Source: an uncultured Gammaproteobacteria bacterium (GTDB lineage Bacteria; Pseudomonadota; Gammaproteobacteria; Steroidobacterales; Rariloculaceae). From it: a stretch of DNA of 64,000 bases. Of the stretch, positions 9,947-20,205 are shown piece by piece. Location: contig CAVUTF010000029.1 in assembly GCA_963744305.1 (NCBI GenBank), positions 2,559 to 66,558 on the forward strand. Direction: 5' to 3'. A program made the translations under genes and the position numbers. The notes beneath the pieces are model-generated. The model did no database searches. It saw nothing but the letters and a program-made list of their open reading frames with translations, and was not told the origin of the DNA. Within the stretch, counting starts at the first letter, position 1. Each line of letters begins with the position of its first letter.

Positions 9947-11314
9947 ATGCTTGGACGATCATCGCTATTGCAGATCGCAGTCTTGACGGCCTCGTGCGCG
10001 CTTGCGCTCCCGGAGGTCGCCCTCGCCGACGCTCCCTTGCCTCTGCCGGCACGGAACGCCGACTTCGAGCAGCACCCGGCCGAGCTCGTCGAGCTTGGGA
10101 GGCTGCTGTTCTTCGACAAGGAGCAAAGCGGCAATCGCGACCTCTCCTGCGCGACTTGTCACTCGCCGCTGATCGCGACGGGCGACGGCCTGTCCACGAA
10201 CATCGGTACGGGCGGCCACGGCTTGAGTGTGAGTCGCGACGCGGGCAGCTATCCGCCGGGCCTACGTGACCCGGTGTCGCGCGGCCAGCGAAACATGACG
10301 CCGCTGTTCAACTTGGGGCACGCGCAGTTCGACCGCCTCTTCTGGGATGGACGGCTCCAGGTCGATCCGAGCATTCCACAAGGTTTTCTCACACCGGCGG
10401 GCCGGAACCTGCCGTTCGGATTTCCTTCGGCGCTCGCTGCGCTGTCGGTCTTTGCGCAAACGGAGCGGCAGGAGATGCTCGGCGAGCCGGGCAGCAACGA
10501 GCTTGCGGACGCTTCGCTGGTGCATCCGGAGGTGGGTGTTTGGGAGGCGTTGGTGAGGCGGCTCGGCGCTATCCCTAAGTATGTCGAGCTCTTCACGGCA
10601 GCGTTCCCGGAGGTCAGCGGCGACGGCGCTCGCATCACGATCGTGCAGGTCGGTACGGCGCTCGCGGCGTTCCAAGCCATCGCGTTCCGCTCGGACAATA
10701 GCCCGTTCGACCGTTACCTACGCGGCGACCGCAACGCCATGGGCGCGGCAGCGGTCCGCGGCATGCATCTCTTCTACGGTCGCGCGGGTTGCGCGGGCTG
10801 CCACAGCGGCGTATTCCAGACCGACCTCGACTTTTACGCGATCGGCGTGCCGCAGATCGGTCCGGGCATGGGCGACGGCCCGAGCGGCCGCGAGGACTTC
10901 GGCCGCGAGCGGGTCACTCGCGATCCCGACGATCGTTACCGTTTCCGTACACCGTCGCTGCGCAACGTCGTGCTGACGGGTCCGTGGGGGCACGACGGGG
11001 CGTTCAACTCGCTCGAAGCGATCGTGCGACACCACCTGAATCCGCAGGCCTCGCTCGCGCGCTATGACCCGTCGCAGATCGTGATGCCGCCGCGCCCCGA
11101 CCTCGACGCGCTGGATCTCGTCGCGTACCGCGACCGGGCCGTCGTCGCGGCGATCGCGGCCGCGATCGAGATCACGCCGCCGCAGCCGGCGCTCATGGAA
11201 CGTGAAGTGCTCGACCTGCTCGATTTCCTGCAGGCGTTGACCGATCCCGCTGCGACCGACCTTCGCAGGTGGGTGCCGAAGCGCGTGCCGAGCGGCTTGC
11301 CGTTGGCGGACTAG
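9947..11314 (+). CDS. Di-heme cytochrome c peroxidase / MauG superfamily protein
   Basis: LGRLLFFD, CATCH, LFWDGR, CAGCH, FRTPSLRNV..TGPWGHDG. Confidence 0.92.
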   Translation: MLGRSSLLQIAVLTASCALALPEVALADAPLPLPARNADFEQHPAELVELGRLLFFDKEQSGNRDLSCATCHSPLIATGDGLSTNIGTGGHGLSVSRDAGSYPPGLRDPVSRGQRNMTPLFNLGHAQFDRLFWDGRLQVDPSIPQGFLTPAGRNLPFGFPSALAALSVFAQTERQEMLGEPGSNELADASLVHPEVGVWEALVRRLGAIPKYVELFTAAFPEVSGDGARITIVQVGTALAAFQAIAFRSDNSPFDRYLRGDRNAMGAAAVRGMHLFYGRAGCAGCHSGVFQTDLDFYAIGVPQIGPGMGDGPSGREDFGRERVTRDPDDRYRFRTPSLRNVVLTGPWGHDGAFNSLEAIVRHHLNPQASLARYDPSQIVMPPRPDLDALDLVAYRDRAVVAAIAAAIEITPPQPALMEREVLDLLDFLQALTDPAATDLRRWVPKRVPSGLPLAD

Positions 11315-11338
11315 CACCGGCGAGGACCGATGGAGAGC

Positions 11339-13182
11339 TCAGCGCAGGCCCATCTTCTCGAGCAGCGTGATGAAGCGCGGTTCGTTGCGGAGCGGCGCGA
11401 GCTCGGGCGCCACTTTGATGCTGCTCATGGTCGTGTCGCGGAGCTCGAAGCCGCGCTCGAGCGCATCGAGCGCGGCGGACGTGTTGCCGAGGCCGATGTG
11501 CACGAGCGCGAAGGCGTACGGCGGAACATACCGCTGCTCCGCGCGTCGTTCGAGCTCCGCGAGCACCGCCGACGCTTCCTCCGTGCGGCCCGCGACGCCG
11601 TACGTGTAGCCGAGGTGACCGAGCTCGCCGGCGCGCTCGAATTCGTCGATCGCTTCGTCGTAGCGGCCGAGCGAGGCGTGGATCGCGGCGAGATTCGACA
11701 GCAGCTGCGGGTTGCCGGGATCGATCTCGAGCGTCTTTTGCAGAACCGAGATGGCGTCCTCGGGGCGGCCGTTCAGGAACAACGCGCTCCCGTACCCCGC
11801 GACAGCCGCTCCGCTGAGCGGGTCGAGCTGGACCGCGCGTTCGCGTGCGCGCAGGTTTTCGGCTTGCCTGTCTTGGCGCTCGAGCCAGAGGCCGTACCAC
11901 ATGTGAGTGACCACGTAATTCGGGTTGACCTCGAGCGCGCGCAGGAAGTGCCGTTCGCCTTCGGCCCAATTCCATTCGTGAAACGCCGCGCAAGCGCCGA
12001 GGGCCGTGAGCCCTTCGACGAGATCCGGGTCGATCTCGAGCGCGCGCTCGGCGGCTGCGCGCATCCTACGCGCCGCTTCGCGGGAGGTATGAACCCGACG
12101 CCGGCGAGCGGTGCATACGTCTCCGCGAGCGCAGCATGCGCCCGTGCGAAATCGGGCTGAATCGCGATCGCACGCTCGAAGTAGTCGACGGCCCGGTGGA
12201 GCGCTTCCTCGGTGCGCTTCGCCCAGAAGAATCGGCCACGGAGGTAAAGATCGTACGCTTCGGGTCGATGGCGTCGCGCGTGCGCAAGGCGGGCCGTATC
12301 CTCCGGCGTCAGGGTTGCGGCGACTTCGCGAGCGACGGTCCGCGCGATCTCGGATTGGAGCCCGATCACGTCGTCGAGCGGCCGCGCGTACTCGCGGCCC
12401 AGAGGTGCCGGTCGGTCGGCGCGTGAATGAGCTGTATCGATATCCGGACGCGGTCCGCGCTCTTCTGCACGGTGCCTTCGATGATCCCGCTCACGTCGAG
12501 CTCGCGTGCCAACTGCGGCATCGGCGTCGCGCTGCCCTTGTATTGCATCACCGACTGACGGGAGATCACGCGGAGAGAGCGGATGCCGGCGAGCTGCGAG
12601 ATCAGCGCGTCCGTCATGCCGTCGGAGAAATACTCCTGCTCGGGATCGCTCGAGAGGTTCGCAAGCGGCAGCACGGCGATAGAGTCGATGCGCGGTACGG
12701 CATCGCCCGAGTCGCTGCGCTCGAAGACCACCGCTGCGAAAATCGCCGCAGCGATGGCGAGCCGCGCGGCGAGGCTCCCGCCGCGAGCCGTCGGTCGAAT
12801 CGCCGCGTCGGCGACGGAAGCGAGATCGTCGCGGCGAGCTCGGCACCGGCGGCGGCTCCGCTTCGGCAACGCTGCCGATGAAGCGATAGCCGCGCCGGCC
12901 GACGGTCTCGATGTATTCCGGCTTGGCCGCGGAATCTCCGAGCGCCGTGCGCAGCTTGTTGACGGCGTTATTCAAGCCGTTGTCGAAATCGACGAACACT
13001 TTCGCCGGCCAGAGCCGGGTCCGGAGCTCCTCGCGCGTCACGACCTCGCCGGGATTCGCGAGCAACGCCACGAGCATCTTGAGCGGCCTTTCCTGGAGCC
13101 GTACTCGGCGGCGGCCGCGCCGCAATTCGCCGGCTTTCGGGTCGAGCTCGAAGGGACCAAACCGGATCTTCTCGTTGTTCAT
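11339..13182 (-). CDS. OmpR/CadC-type winged-helix + TolB-like + TPR regulator (several frameshifts)
   Basis: RFGPFELD, GEVVTREEL, IETVGRRGYRF, SIAVLPLANLS.DPEQEYFSDG, EAYDLYLRGR and TPRs across frames. Confidence 0.85.
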
Positions 13183-13307
13183 GCGTGACTCTTGGACACG
13201 CTGCGGAAGAGGGCTGGGGACGATTATAGGTCGTTCCGCTGGCAGGTATTTCACCATCGGGACGGCGCTACACTAGCGCTCGTCGTCGCCACCATCGAAG
13301 GGACCCC

Positions 13308-14303
13308 ATGAAACCTGCGCGCGCCTCGTGGCTCTTGCTACTGCTGTGCTGCGGTTCCGCCGTCGCTCATCACGGCAACAGCGAGTTCGACCTCACCGTC
13401 ACCGTGCGCTACGAAGGCACGATCGTCGAGACCTTGTGGATAAACCCGCACACCGTCACCAAGATCGAGACGCGCACGGCAACCGGTGAGCCGATCACGC
13501 TCGAGATCGAAGGCAGCTCGCCGTCGATCCTGCGCACCGGCGGCTTCTCGGCCGAGTCGCTGCCGAAGGGCGAGCGCGTCACGGCCGTCGTCAGCCCGAG
13601 CAGGCGTTTCCCCAAAGAATCGGCCTACGGCTACGAGATCATCAAGGCCGACGGCAGCGTCGTCCCCTTGCTCAGCACCAAAATGCAAAAGACAGCGACG
13701 AGCCAGACGGCCACGAGCATCTTCGGCGCTTGGGTGCCGGCCGCCGAGTCGTTCACTCGCATGGCGCGAGCGCTTGGAACGGCGAGCCTCACCGATGCAG
13801 GGCGCGCGATCAAGAGCCGCTACACGCCGGTGGCGTCCGGCCAGGCCAAGTGCATCCCGGTGAGCGCACCGACGGTGATGACATATCCCTCCGTCCTGGT
13901 GCTCGAGCGATCGGCCGACCACGTGGCCATCAAGACGGATTGGTTAGGGGCGGAGAGAACCGTCTACACGGACGGTCGCGCCCATCCGCCCGCGCAGGAC
14001 CGCTTTCCGCAGGGGCACTCGACCGGCAAGTTCGAAGGCGACGTGCTGGTCGTCGACACGACGAATTTCACGGACCAGGAGGCGCAAGGCGTGCCCTCCG
14101 GCGCCGGCAAGCATCTCGTCGAACGATTCGCGCTGGCGGCCGACGGCAAGAGCGTGAGCTACGAGTTCGTCTGGCGCGACCCGGAGTTTCTCGCCGACGC
14201 CCTCACGGGCACGGCCGAGCTCAGCTATCGCCCCGATTTGAAGCCCGCCGGCATCGCGTGTGACCGCGAGAGCGCGGAACGCTTCTTCCGCGAGTTTCAG
14301 TAA
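13308..14303 (+). CDS. DUF6152-type secreted protein with C-terminal beta domain
   Basis: Signal peptide then AHHG..FD, WINPH; GHSTGKFEGDVLVVDTTNF, HLVERF. Confidence 0.8.
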   Translation: MKPARASWLLLLLCCGSAVAHHGNSEFDLTVTVRYEGTIVETLWINPHTVTKIETRTATGEPITLEIEGSSPSILRTGGFSAESLPKGERVTAVVSPSRRFPKESAYGYEIIKADGSVVPLLSTKMQKTATSQTATSIFGAWVPAAESFTRMARALGTASLTDAGRAIKSRYTPVASGQAKCIPVSAPTVMTYPSVLVLERSADHVAIKTDWLGAERTVYTDGRAHPPAQDRFPQGHSTGKFEGDVLVVDTTNFTDQEAQGVPSGAGKHLVERFALAADGKSVSYEFVWRDPEFLADALTGTAELSYRPDLKPAGIACDRESAERFFREFQ

Positions 14304-14320
14304 GCGCGGAGGTAGAGCGG

Positions 14321-15861
14321 ATGTCGTCGCAGCGCTTCCCACACGCGCTCCTCGCGTTGGCGTTGCTCGCCGCGATCGGCGACGCCGCAGCCGGTGCGCT
14401 GCGCGAGCAGGTCGAGCGCGCCGCGCAACAGAACTTCGCCGAGTACCTCGACGCGCTGCGCATTCCGAATGTCCCCGCTCAGGCGGCCGACATCCAGCGC
14501 AACGCGGACTTCATGTCGCGCGCATTCGAGCGGCGCGGCTTCGACGTGCGCCTGGTGACGAACCCGGCAGGCAGGCCGGTTGTGCTCGCCGAACTCGCGT
14601 CGCGACCGGGGCTGCCTACGCTTCTCTTCTATATCCACTACGACGGTCAGCCGGTGGTACCTGCGGAGTGGTCGCAGGACGATCCGTTCGTGCCCGTGAT
14701 CCGGCGCCGTAACGCCGCGGGAGAATGGCAGGACGTGAGTGCGGACGCCTTGCAGGCACGCCCGCTCGATCCCGAGCTCCGCGTGTTCGCCCGTTCCGCG
14801 TCAGACGATAAAGCGCCGATTCTGATGTTGTTGACGGCGTTCGACGTGCTCGCGACGCAAGCAGAGGCGCCCGCATTCAACCTCAAGGTGATGCTGGACG
14901 GCGAAGAGGAGATCGGCTCACCGAGCCTCGCGGCGACGGTGGCGTCTGCCCGAGCCGCGTTCGCGGCCGACGCGCTCGTGATTTTCGACGGACCGGTGCA
15001 TGCATCTGCACGCCCGACGGTGGTGTTCGGCAACCGCGGCATTGCACAAGCCACGCTAACGGTCTTCGGCCGCGCGCGCCGCTGCACAGCGGCCATTACG
15101 GCAACTACGCGCCGAATCCCGCGTTGCGGCTCGCCACGCTGCTCGCGTCGATGAAGGACGAAGAGGGCCGCGTGTTGATCCCCGGGTTCTACGACGGCGT
15201 TCGTCTGACGGAATCGGATCGTGTCACGCTTGCAGACGTCGGTGACGATGAGGCCGCATTGCGTGCGCGCATAGGCATCGCGAGTCCCGAGAGAGTGGGC
15301 GCGAATTATCAGGAGTCGCTGCAATATCCATCGCTGAACGTGCGCGGGATGGCGGCCGGCGGCGTCGGTGCCGTGGCGACGAACGTAGTGCCGAGCCACG
15401 CCGTGGCCGAGCTCGACTTGCGCACGACGCCCGAGACGGACGGTCGCCGCCTCTACGCGCTCGTGCGCGCGCACATCGAGAGCGCCGGTTATCACCTTGT
15501 CGACGGCGAGCCCACCGACGCCGAGCGCGCGCAATTCGACAAGCTCGCGCGCTTTACGCTCGACTCGACACAGGCAGCGATGCGCATGCCGATGGACTCT
15601 GCCGTAGGCCGCTGGGCCAACGCAGCGCTGCGCGCGCGGACGGCGCCGCAGCCCAGCGAGGCGCCCGTGCAGATTCGAATGATGGGCGGCACGGTCCCGA
15701 CCGATGTGCTCGTCGAAGCATTGCAGTTGCCGTTTCTGCTCGTGCCGACGGTCAACGACGACAACAATCAGCACGCCGCAAACGAGAACCTGCGGATAGG
15801 CCACTTCGTCACCGGCACGGAGATTGTCTACAGTCTCCTGACCACGCCATACCGGCCTTAG
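14321..15861 (+). CDS. M20/M25/M40 family metallohydrolase (secreted); frameshift near 15075
   Basis: YIHYDGQP, ARSASDDK, DGEEEIGS, HSGHYGN in shifted frame, NNQHAANEN. Confidence 0.9.
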
Positions 15862-16053
15862 AGGCTATGGGTCGCTAGCCTCGCGGCGCCGTCCCGCGAA
15901 CGCGCCCTTGAGCGCGTCGGTCCGGGTGCTGGCAATGGCCACCACCCGCAGTACAGGTGTCGTCGGAGGGCGGCCACTCTATACTCGAGCCAAGGTCTGC
16001 CGAGAACGACCACGGGGAACCGCCTCTAAGCAATTTCACGGGGGATCGACGTC

Positions 16054-17091
16054 ATGAACAGCTCAGTGAAGCGACCGCACGCGTTCCTAACCCTTACTGC
16101 CTTTCTGCTGGCCCACTTGGCGATTGCTGAAACACAGGCTCAGGTCCGTGTGCTGCAGACGAACTCGACCGACACGATGGTTCATCTGATCGATCCAGCC
16201 ACGAACGCGGTCGTCGGGGAGATCGGGGGCATCCCGGTTGCTCACGGTGTCGCGGCGGCGCCGGACGGTAGTCGGATCTACGTGAGCGGCGAAGCCGAGA
16301 CCGCATTGAAAGTCGTCGATGCCCATACGCTTAAGGTCATCAAGACCATTCCGCTCTCCGCGCGCCCGAACAACATCTCGATCACGCCGGACGGGAAGAA
16401 GATTTACGTCGGTATCATCGCCGCGCCTGGCGCCATCGACGTCATCGACACCGTGACGCTCGAGAAGATCAAGACCATCGCGGTGCCGGGCGGCATCCAT
16501 AACATTTACGTCACGCCCGATGGCAAGAACGTAATCGCCGGCTCCATTGCCGGGCGCCGGTTGACGGTGCTCGACACGAACACCGACACGGAAGCCTGGG
16601 CGTGGGAGGGCGAAGCCATTCGGCCAATGACCATGAGCACGAAGGCTGATGGATCGACCGACAAGGTGTTCATCCAAGTCTCGGGGCACCACGGGTTCGT
16701 CGTGCTGGATTGGGCCTCACGCAAGGAAGTCGCCCGAATTACGCAGCCCGACGTGCCGCCCGCGGAACGCTACGACAGCACCTACAACGGGGCTCCGGCG
16801 CATGGCATCGGTGTCGCACCGGACGGTAAGACCCTTTGGTCGACGAGCCGGATGAATAGCTACGTGTACGTGTACTCCCTACCGGACCTGAAGCTGAAGG
16901 GCGGCGTTCGGACGGGCACGGACCCGGACTGGATCACGTTCACCCCGGACAGCAAGCGTGCCTACGTGGCGAACGCCGTATCGAACACCGTCTCGGTCAT
17001 CGACATGGAGACGTTGCAAGAGGTGACGCAGGTCCCCGTCGGCAAGGGGCCGAAACGCAATGGCGTCATCCGGCTATCGGGCTCGCACTAA
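16054..17091 (+). CDS. YncE/YVTN-type beta-propeller, secreted
   Basis: Repeated (T/A)PDG(S/K).IYV blades, AYVANAVSNTVSVID, VPVGKGP. Confidence 0.85.
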   Translation: MNSSVKRPHAFLTLTAFLLAHLAIAETQAQVRVLQTNSTDTMVHLIDPATNAVVGEIGGIPVAHGVAAAPDGSRIYVSGEAETALKVVDAHTLKVIKTIPLSARPNNISITPDGKKIYVGIIAAPGAIDVIDTVTLEKIKTIAVPGGIHNIYVTPDGKNVIAGSIAGRRLTVLDTNTDTEAWAWEGEAIRPMTMSTKADGSTDKVFIQVSGHHGFVVLDWASRKEVARITQPDVPPAERYDSTYNGAPAHGIGVAPDGKTLWSTSRMNSYVYVYSLPDLKLKGGVRTGTDPDWITFTPDSKRAYVANAVSNTVSVIDMETLQEVTQVPVGKGPKRNGVIRLSGSH

Positions 17092-17428
17092 GAGGTCCGC
17101 CTTTCTGCTCGGAGTGCTCGCGGCTTGCGGTGCCTGCACGACGGCGCCGGTGCGTGAGACTGCACCGGCCTTCGAACCCGGGGTCGAGTTGCCCGCGGGA
17201 CAGGGGCGCGAAATCCTCATGGCGTCGTGCCTCAGCTGTCATCAGCTGACCGGGTTGCCGCTGTTCGCGGCGTTCTACACGCGGGACAGCTGGCGCACGC
17301 TCGTGCTGACGATGAAAGGGCACGGGGCGGAGATCAACGACGCACAGATCGAGGTGCTCGCGGATTACTTGGCGCAATACTTCGGGCCGGAGCCGAGCAC
17401 CTTGCCGGTCGGCCCGCCGCTGCAGTAG
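17060..17428 (+). CDS. Small c-type cytochrome, probable lipoprotein (start uncertain)
   Basis: LPAGQGREI...CLSCH, W..LV..M, LADYLA; LAACGAC lipobox-like region. Confidence 0.7.
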   Translation: MASSGYRARTKRSAFLLGVLAACGACTTAPVRETAPAFEPGVELPAGQGREILMASCLSCHQLTGLPLFAAFYTRDSWRTLVLTMKGHGAEINDAQIEVLADYLAQYFGPEPSTLPVGPPLQ

Positions 17429-17431
17429 AAG
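17397..17431. repeat. 35-bp copy of the 3' region of the beta-propeller gene at 17965-17999
   Basis: GCACCTTGCCGGTCGGCCCGCCGC(T/C)GCAGTAGAAG, 1 mismatch. Confidence 0.9.
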
Positions 17432-17460
17432 CTCAAAGCTCAGCGCGCGGCGATTGCCGC

Positions 17461-17902
17461 TCAGTTCCAGTTGTCGATCTTCACGTCGTGCGGGTGCGGC
17501 GCGCCTTGGCCGTTCTCGACGAGCGACTTCAAGCTCAGCAGGAACACCGCCCACTTCGTGCTGCAGTGATGCATGAACTCGACGGGCTCTTTCCAGCCCT
17601 CGTGCTTGAAGTTGACGATCGTGTAGTCGTCTTCTTGCCGTAGGTCCCAACGGATCTTCGTGCCGATCCATTCCTTCGGGCCGTCGACGACTTTCCAGAG
17701 CACGCGCTTGCCGGGCGTCGAGCTCGAGCACCTTCATGTCGAAGCCGCCCGGCGCGAAGCGGAACTCCAAGATGCCGTCGACTTCGCTTTCGCCGCGCGT
17801 GTCGTTCGTCCACCAGGCGGCGAGGCCGGCGCGCGTCGCGAGCGCTTGGTAGGCGTCGTCGCGGGACGACTTGATTCCGACTCGATGCAGAATGTCAGCC
17901 AT
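17461..17902 (-). CDS. SRPBCC/AHSA1-like domain protein; frameshift near 17715
   Basis: MADILHRVGIK, GLAAWWT, GPKEWIGT, FKHEGWKEPVEFMHHCSTKW, KIDNWN. Confidence 0.9.
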
Positions 17903-17926
17903 GGTTTTCTCCGAATCTGTACGATG

Positions 17927-18607
17927 TCAGCGCTTCGCGCGTTTCGGCGGGCGGCGCACGGCGCGCACCTTGCCGGTCGGCCCGCCGCCGCAGTAGAAGA
18001 GATCCGCGCCGTCGCTCTCGAGGCCGCTGATGTTCTTCCCGGGCGGCATCGCGAGCCGCTCGAGCACGGCGCCGCTCTCGGCGTCGACGCGGCGCAGCTC
18101 GCTCTCGTCGCCTTCCCACGTGCCGTGCCACAGCTCGCCGTCGACGAAGCTCACGCCGGTGACGAAGCGGTTCGATTCGATCGTGCGCAGAACCGCGCCC
18201 GTGCTCGGGTCGATCTTCAAGATCTTGCGGTCGCGATACTGGCCGACCCACAAGGCTGCCCTCGGCCCACGCCAAACCCGAGTCGCGGCCCTTGGCCGGG
18301 CGCCGGGATCGACGCGAGCACGTTGCCCGTCTTCGGATCGATCTTGTCGATGCGCGCCTCGGCGATCTGGTAGAGATGCGTGCCGTCGAACGCGGTGCCG
18401 GCGTCGCCGGTGCGGTCGAGCGTGCGCGCGAGCGTCGCCGCTCTCGGGATCGAACGCGATCAGCTTGGCGCCCGTGGCGGCCCACACGTAGCGGCCGTCG
18501 TGCGTGACGCCGTGGATCTTGTCGGCGCCGGCGAACGGGCCGTACTCGCGCACGATCTCGGCCGCGGCGGCGTGGCTTCGTTCGGTCTTCGTTTGAGTGC
18601 GTGTCAT
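17927..18607 (-). CDS. Glutaminyl-cyclase/Vgb-like beta-propeller protein (frameshifts)
   Basis: AEIVREYGPF, IHGVTHDG, LWVGQYRDRKI, IESNRFVTG, LWHGTWEGDESEL, SGLESDG..LFYCGGG. Confidence 0.8.
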   Translation of the reverse strand: MTRTQTKTERSHAAAAEIVREYGPFAGADKIHGVTHDGRYVWAATGAKLIAFDPESGDARAHARPHRRRRHRVRRHASLPDRRGAHRQDRSEDGQRARVDPGARPRAATRVWRGPRAALWVGQYRDRKILKIDPSTGAVLRTIESNRFVTGVSFVDGELWHGTWEGDESELRRVDAESGAVLERLAMPPGKNISGLESDGADLFYCGGGPTGKVRAVRRPPKRAKR

Positions 18608-18632
18608 GTCGTTTCTCCTTCGCGGCGCTCGT

Positions 18633-18743
18633 GGGTGGCCGCGTGGGAACAATCTAGCCGTCCGGCAGCGAAGCAGGGAGTAACAAGATCGTCGTGAATC
18701 CCGCGAGCGGCGGCGACAGCCAGCGTTGCGCGCGTGCGCGCCC
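18633..18743. repeat. Direct repeat copy 1: duplicated 3' end of the HTH gene
   Basis: 18633-18717 identical to 21175-21259 (85 bp), then about 26 bp with a few differences. Confidence 0.95.
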
Positions 18744-18970
18744 GCCGGAGGGCCTAATGGCGGCCGCTTGAGGTCGAGACGCGCGCGTTCGGCGGCGATC
18801 TCGCCGTCCGGCGAGAGCACGTAACGACGCAGTCGCCAGCCGATGTAGAAGCTGCCCGTCTCGCTCGGGTTTTCGGTCACGTTGATGTCCTCGGGTCTCA
18901 CGTTCTCTTTCACGTGATTCTCGAGAAGCTCCGCGATGGTTCGCTTTTCGGCCGCGTAGATGACGTCCAT
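18744..18970 (-). CDS. Small hypothetical ORF (no stop of its own; reads into the repeat)
   Basis: GGAGG RBS then MDVIYAAEKRTIAELLENHVKENVRPEDINVTENPSETGSFYIGWRLRRYVLSPDGEI. Confidence 0.45.
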
Positions 18971-19112
18971 ATGCCCTCCAAATCCTGGTGAGCTCGGGGG
19001 CCAGCTTGCGCGGCTGCGGCTTAACGATGGCTGAAGCCCAAAGCCGCACAAAAGACGGCCGGCCGTGAGGCGCTTTATGTCCAGTGATGCCAAAGCCGCA
19101 CCTTCCCGGCGC

Positions 19113-20084
19113 TCAGCGCGCGAGCGCGCGGCCGAGGAAGTCGCGCATGAGCGCCGCAATCTCCGGTCCGTGCGTTTCGAGCGCGAAGTGGCCGGCGTCG
19201 AGCAGATGGATCTCGGCGCGCGGGTTGTCGCGCTTGTACGGGGCGGCGCCGGCTGCGACGAAGATCTCGTCGTTCCGGCCCCAAACCACGAGGGTCGGCG
19301 GCCGGCGCTCGCGGAAGTACTCCTGCCACGCGGCATAGAGCGGAAGGTTGTTGCGGTAGTCGTAGAAGAGATCGAGCTGGATCTCGGCGTTGCCCGGCCG
19401 ATCGAGGAACGCCTGGTCGACGGTGACGTGTCGGGGCTGACGAGCGATGACGTCGGTACGCCGTGCGTGTACTGCCAGCGCGTTGCTTCGGTCTCGGTGA
19501 ACGCGCGCAGCGCCTCGCGGTCCGCGGCGGCGCCCGTTCTCCAGTACGCTTTGAGCGGCGCCCAAAACTCCGCGAGTCCTTCGTCGTAGGCGTTCCCGTT
19601 CTGGACGATGAGCGCGCTGACTCGTCCGGGTTGGCGGCCGCGAGCCGGTAGCCCACGGGTGCGCCGTAGTCCATCACGTAGAGTGCGTAGCGCTCGAGAC
19701 CGAGCTTCGCGCGTGAGCTCGTCGATCATCGTCGCGAAGCGGTCGAACGTGTACGCGAAGGCGGCGCGGTCGGGCATTGCGCTGTAGCCGAAGCCGGGAT
19801 AGTCGGGCGCGATGACGCGATATCGATCGGCGAGCGCCGGAATCAGGTTGCGATACATGTGCGACGACGTCGGGAAGCCGTGCAGCAGGAGAATCGCCGG
19901 CGAATCGGCGCGCCCTGCTTCACGATAGAACACCTCGTACGCCGCCGACCGTGGCGGTCCGATAGCGGACCTTCTGCGCCGCTTCAGCCGCCTGCGTCGC
20001 GGGCTCGCTCGGGTCGGCGAACGCCGGTGCGGCGAACGCGAAAGAAAGCGCCATCGGCAAAGCAAGCAACGACGTGCGAGTCAT
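19113..20084 (-). CDS. Alpha/beta hydrolase (epoxide hydrolase/haloalkane dehalogenase-like), signal peptide; frameshifts
   Basis: [37 protein letters not shown] nucleophile elbow, [15 protein letters not shown]. Confidence 0.9.
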
Positions 20085-20182
20085 GATCTTCTCCTGTTTT
20101 CATCGCGGGCGCACCGTGCGCCGTTGCACGCAGAGTGCGACGAATCGGTGTTGTATAGAATCGCCGTCGTTGACACGTCACC

Positions 20183-20199
20183 ATTGCTGAAGCTGCAAT
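20183..20199. promoter_or_regulatory. LysR-type T-N11-A box
   Basis: ATTGC-N7-GCAAT inverted repeat between divergent hydrolase and LysR genes. Confidence 0.6.
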
Positions 20200-20205
20200 A
20201 ATCAA

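Noticed and set aside
15900..15980. Possible degenerate third copy of the YCGGG propeller tail (CTGTACTGCGGGTGGTGG on minus)
   Set aside because: Too short and divergent to distinguish from chance in GC-rich DNA
18750..19075. Integron attC-like hints (GTTAAGC and ATTAGGC on the minus strand around the small ORF)
   Set aside because: No convincing paired R and L boxes, no cassette array and no IntI
17927..20065. 712-aa ORF apparently fusing hydrolase, small ORF and propeller
   Set aside because: Mosaic produced by frameshifts across three separate genes
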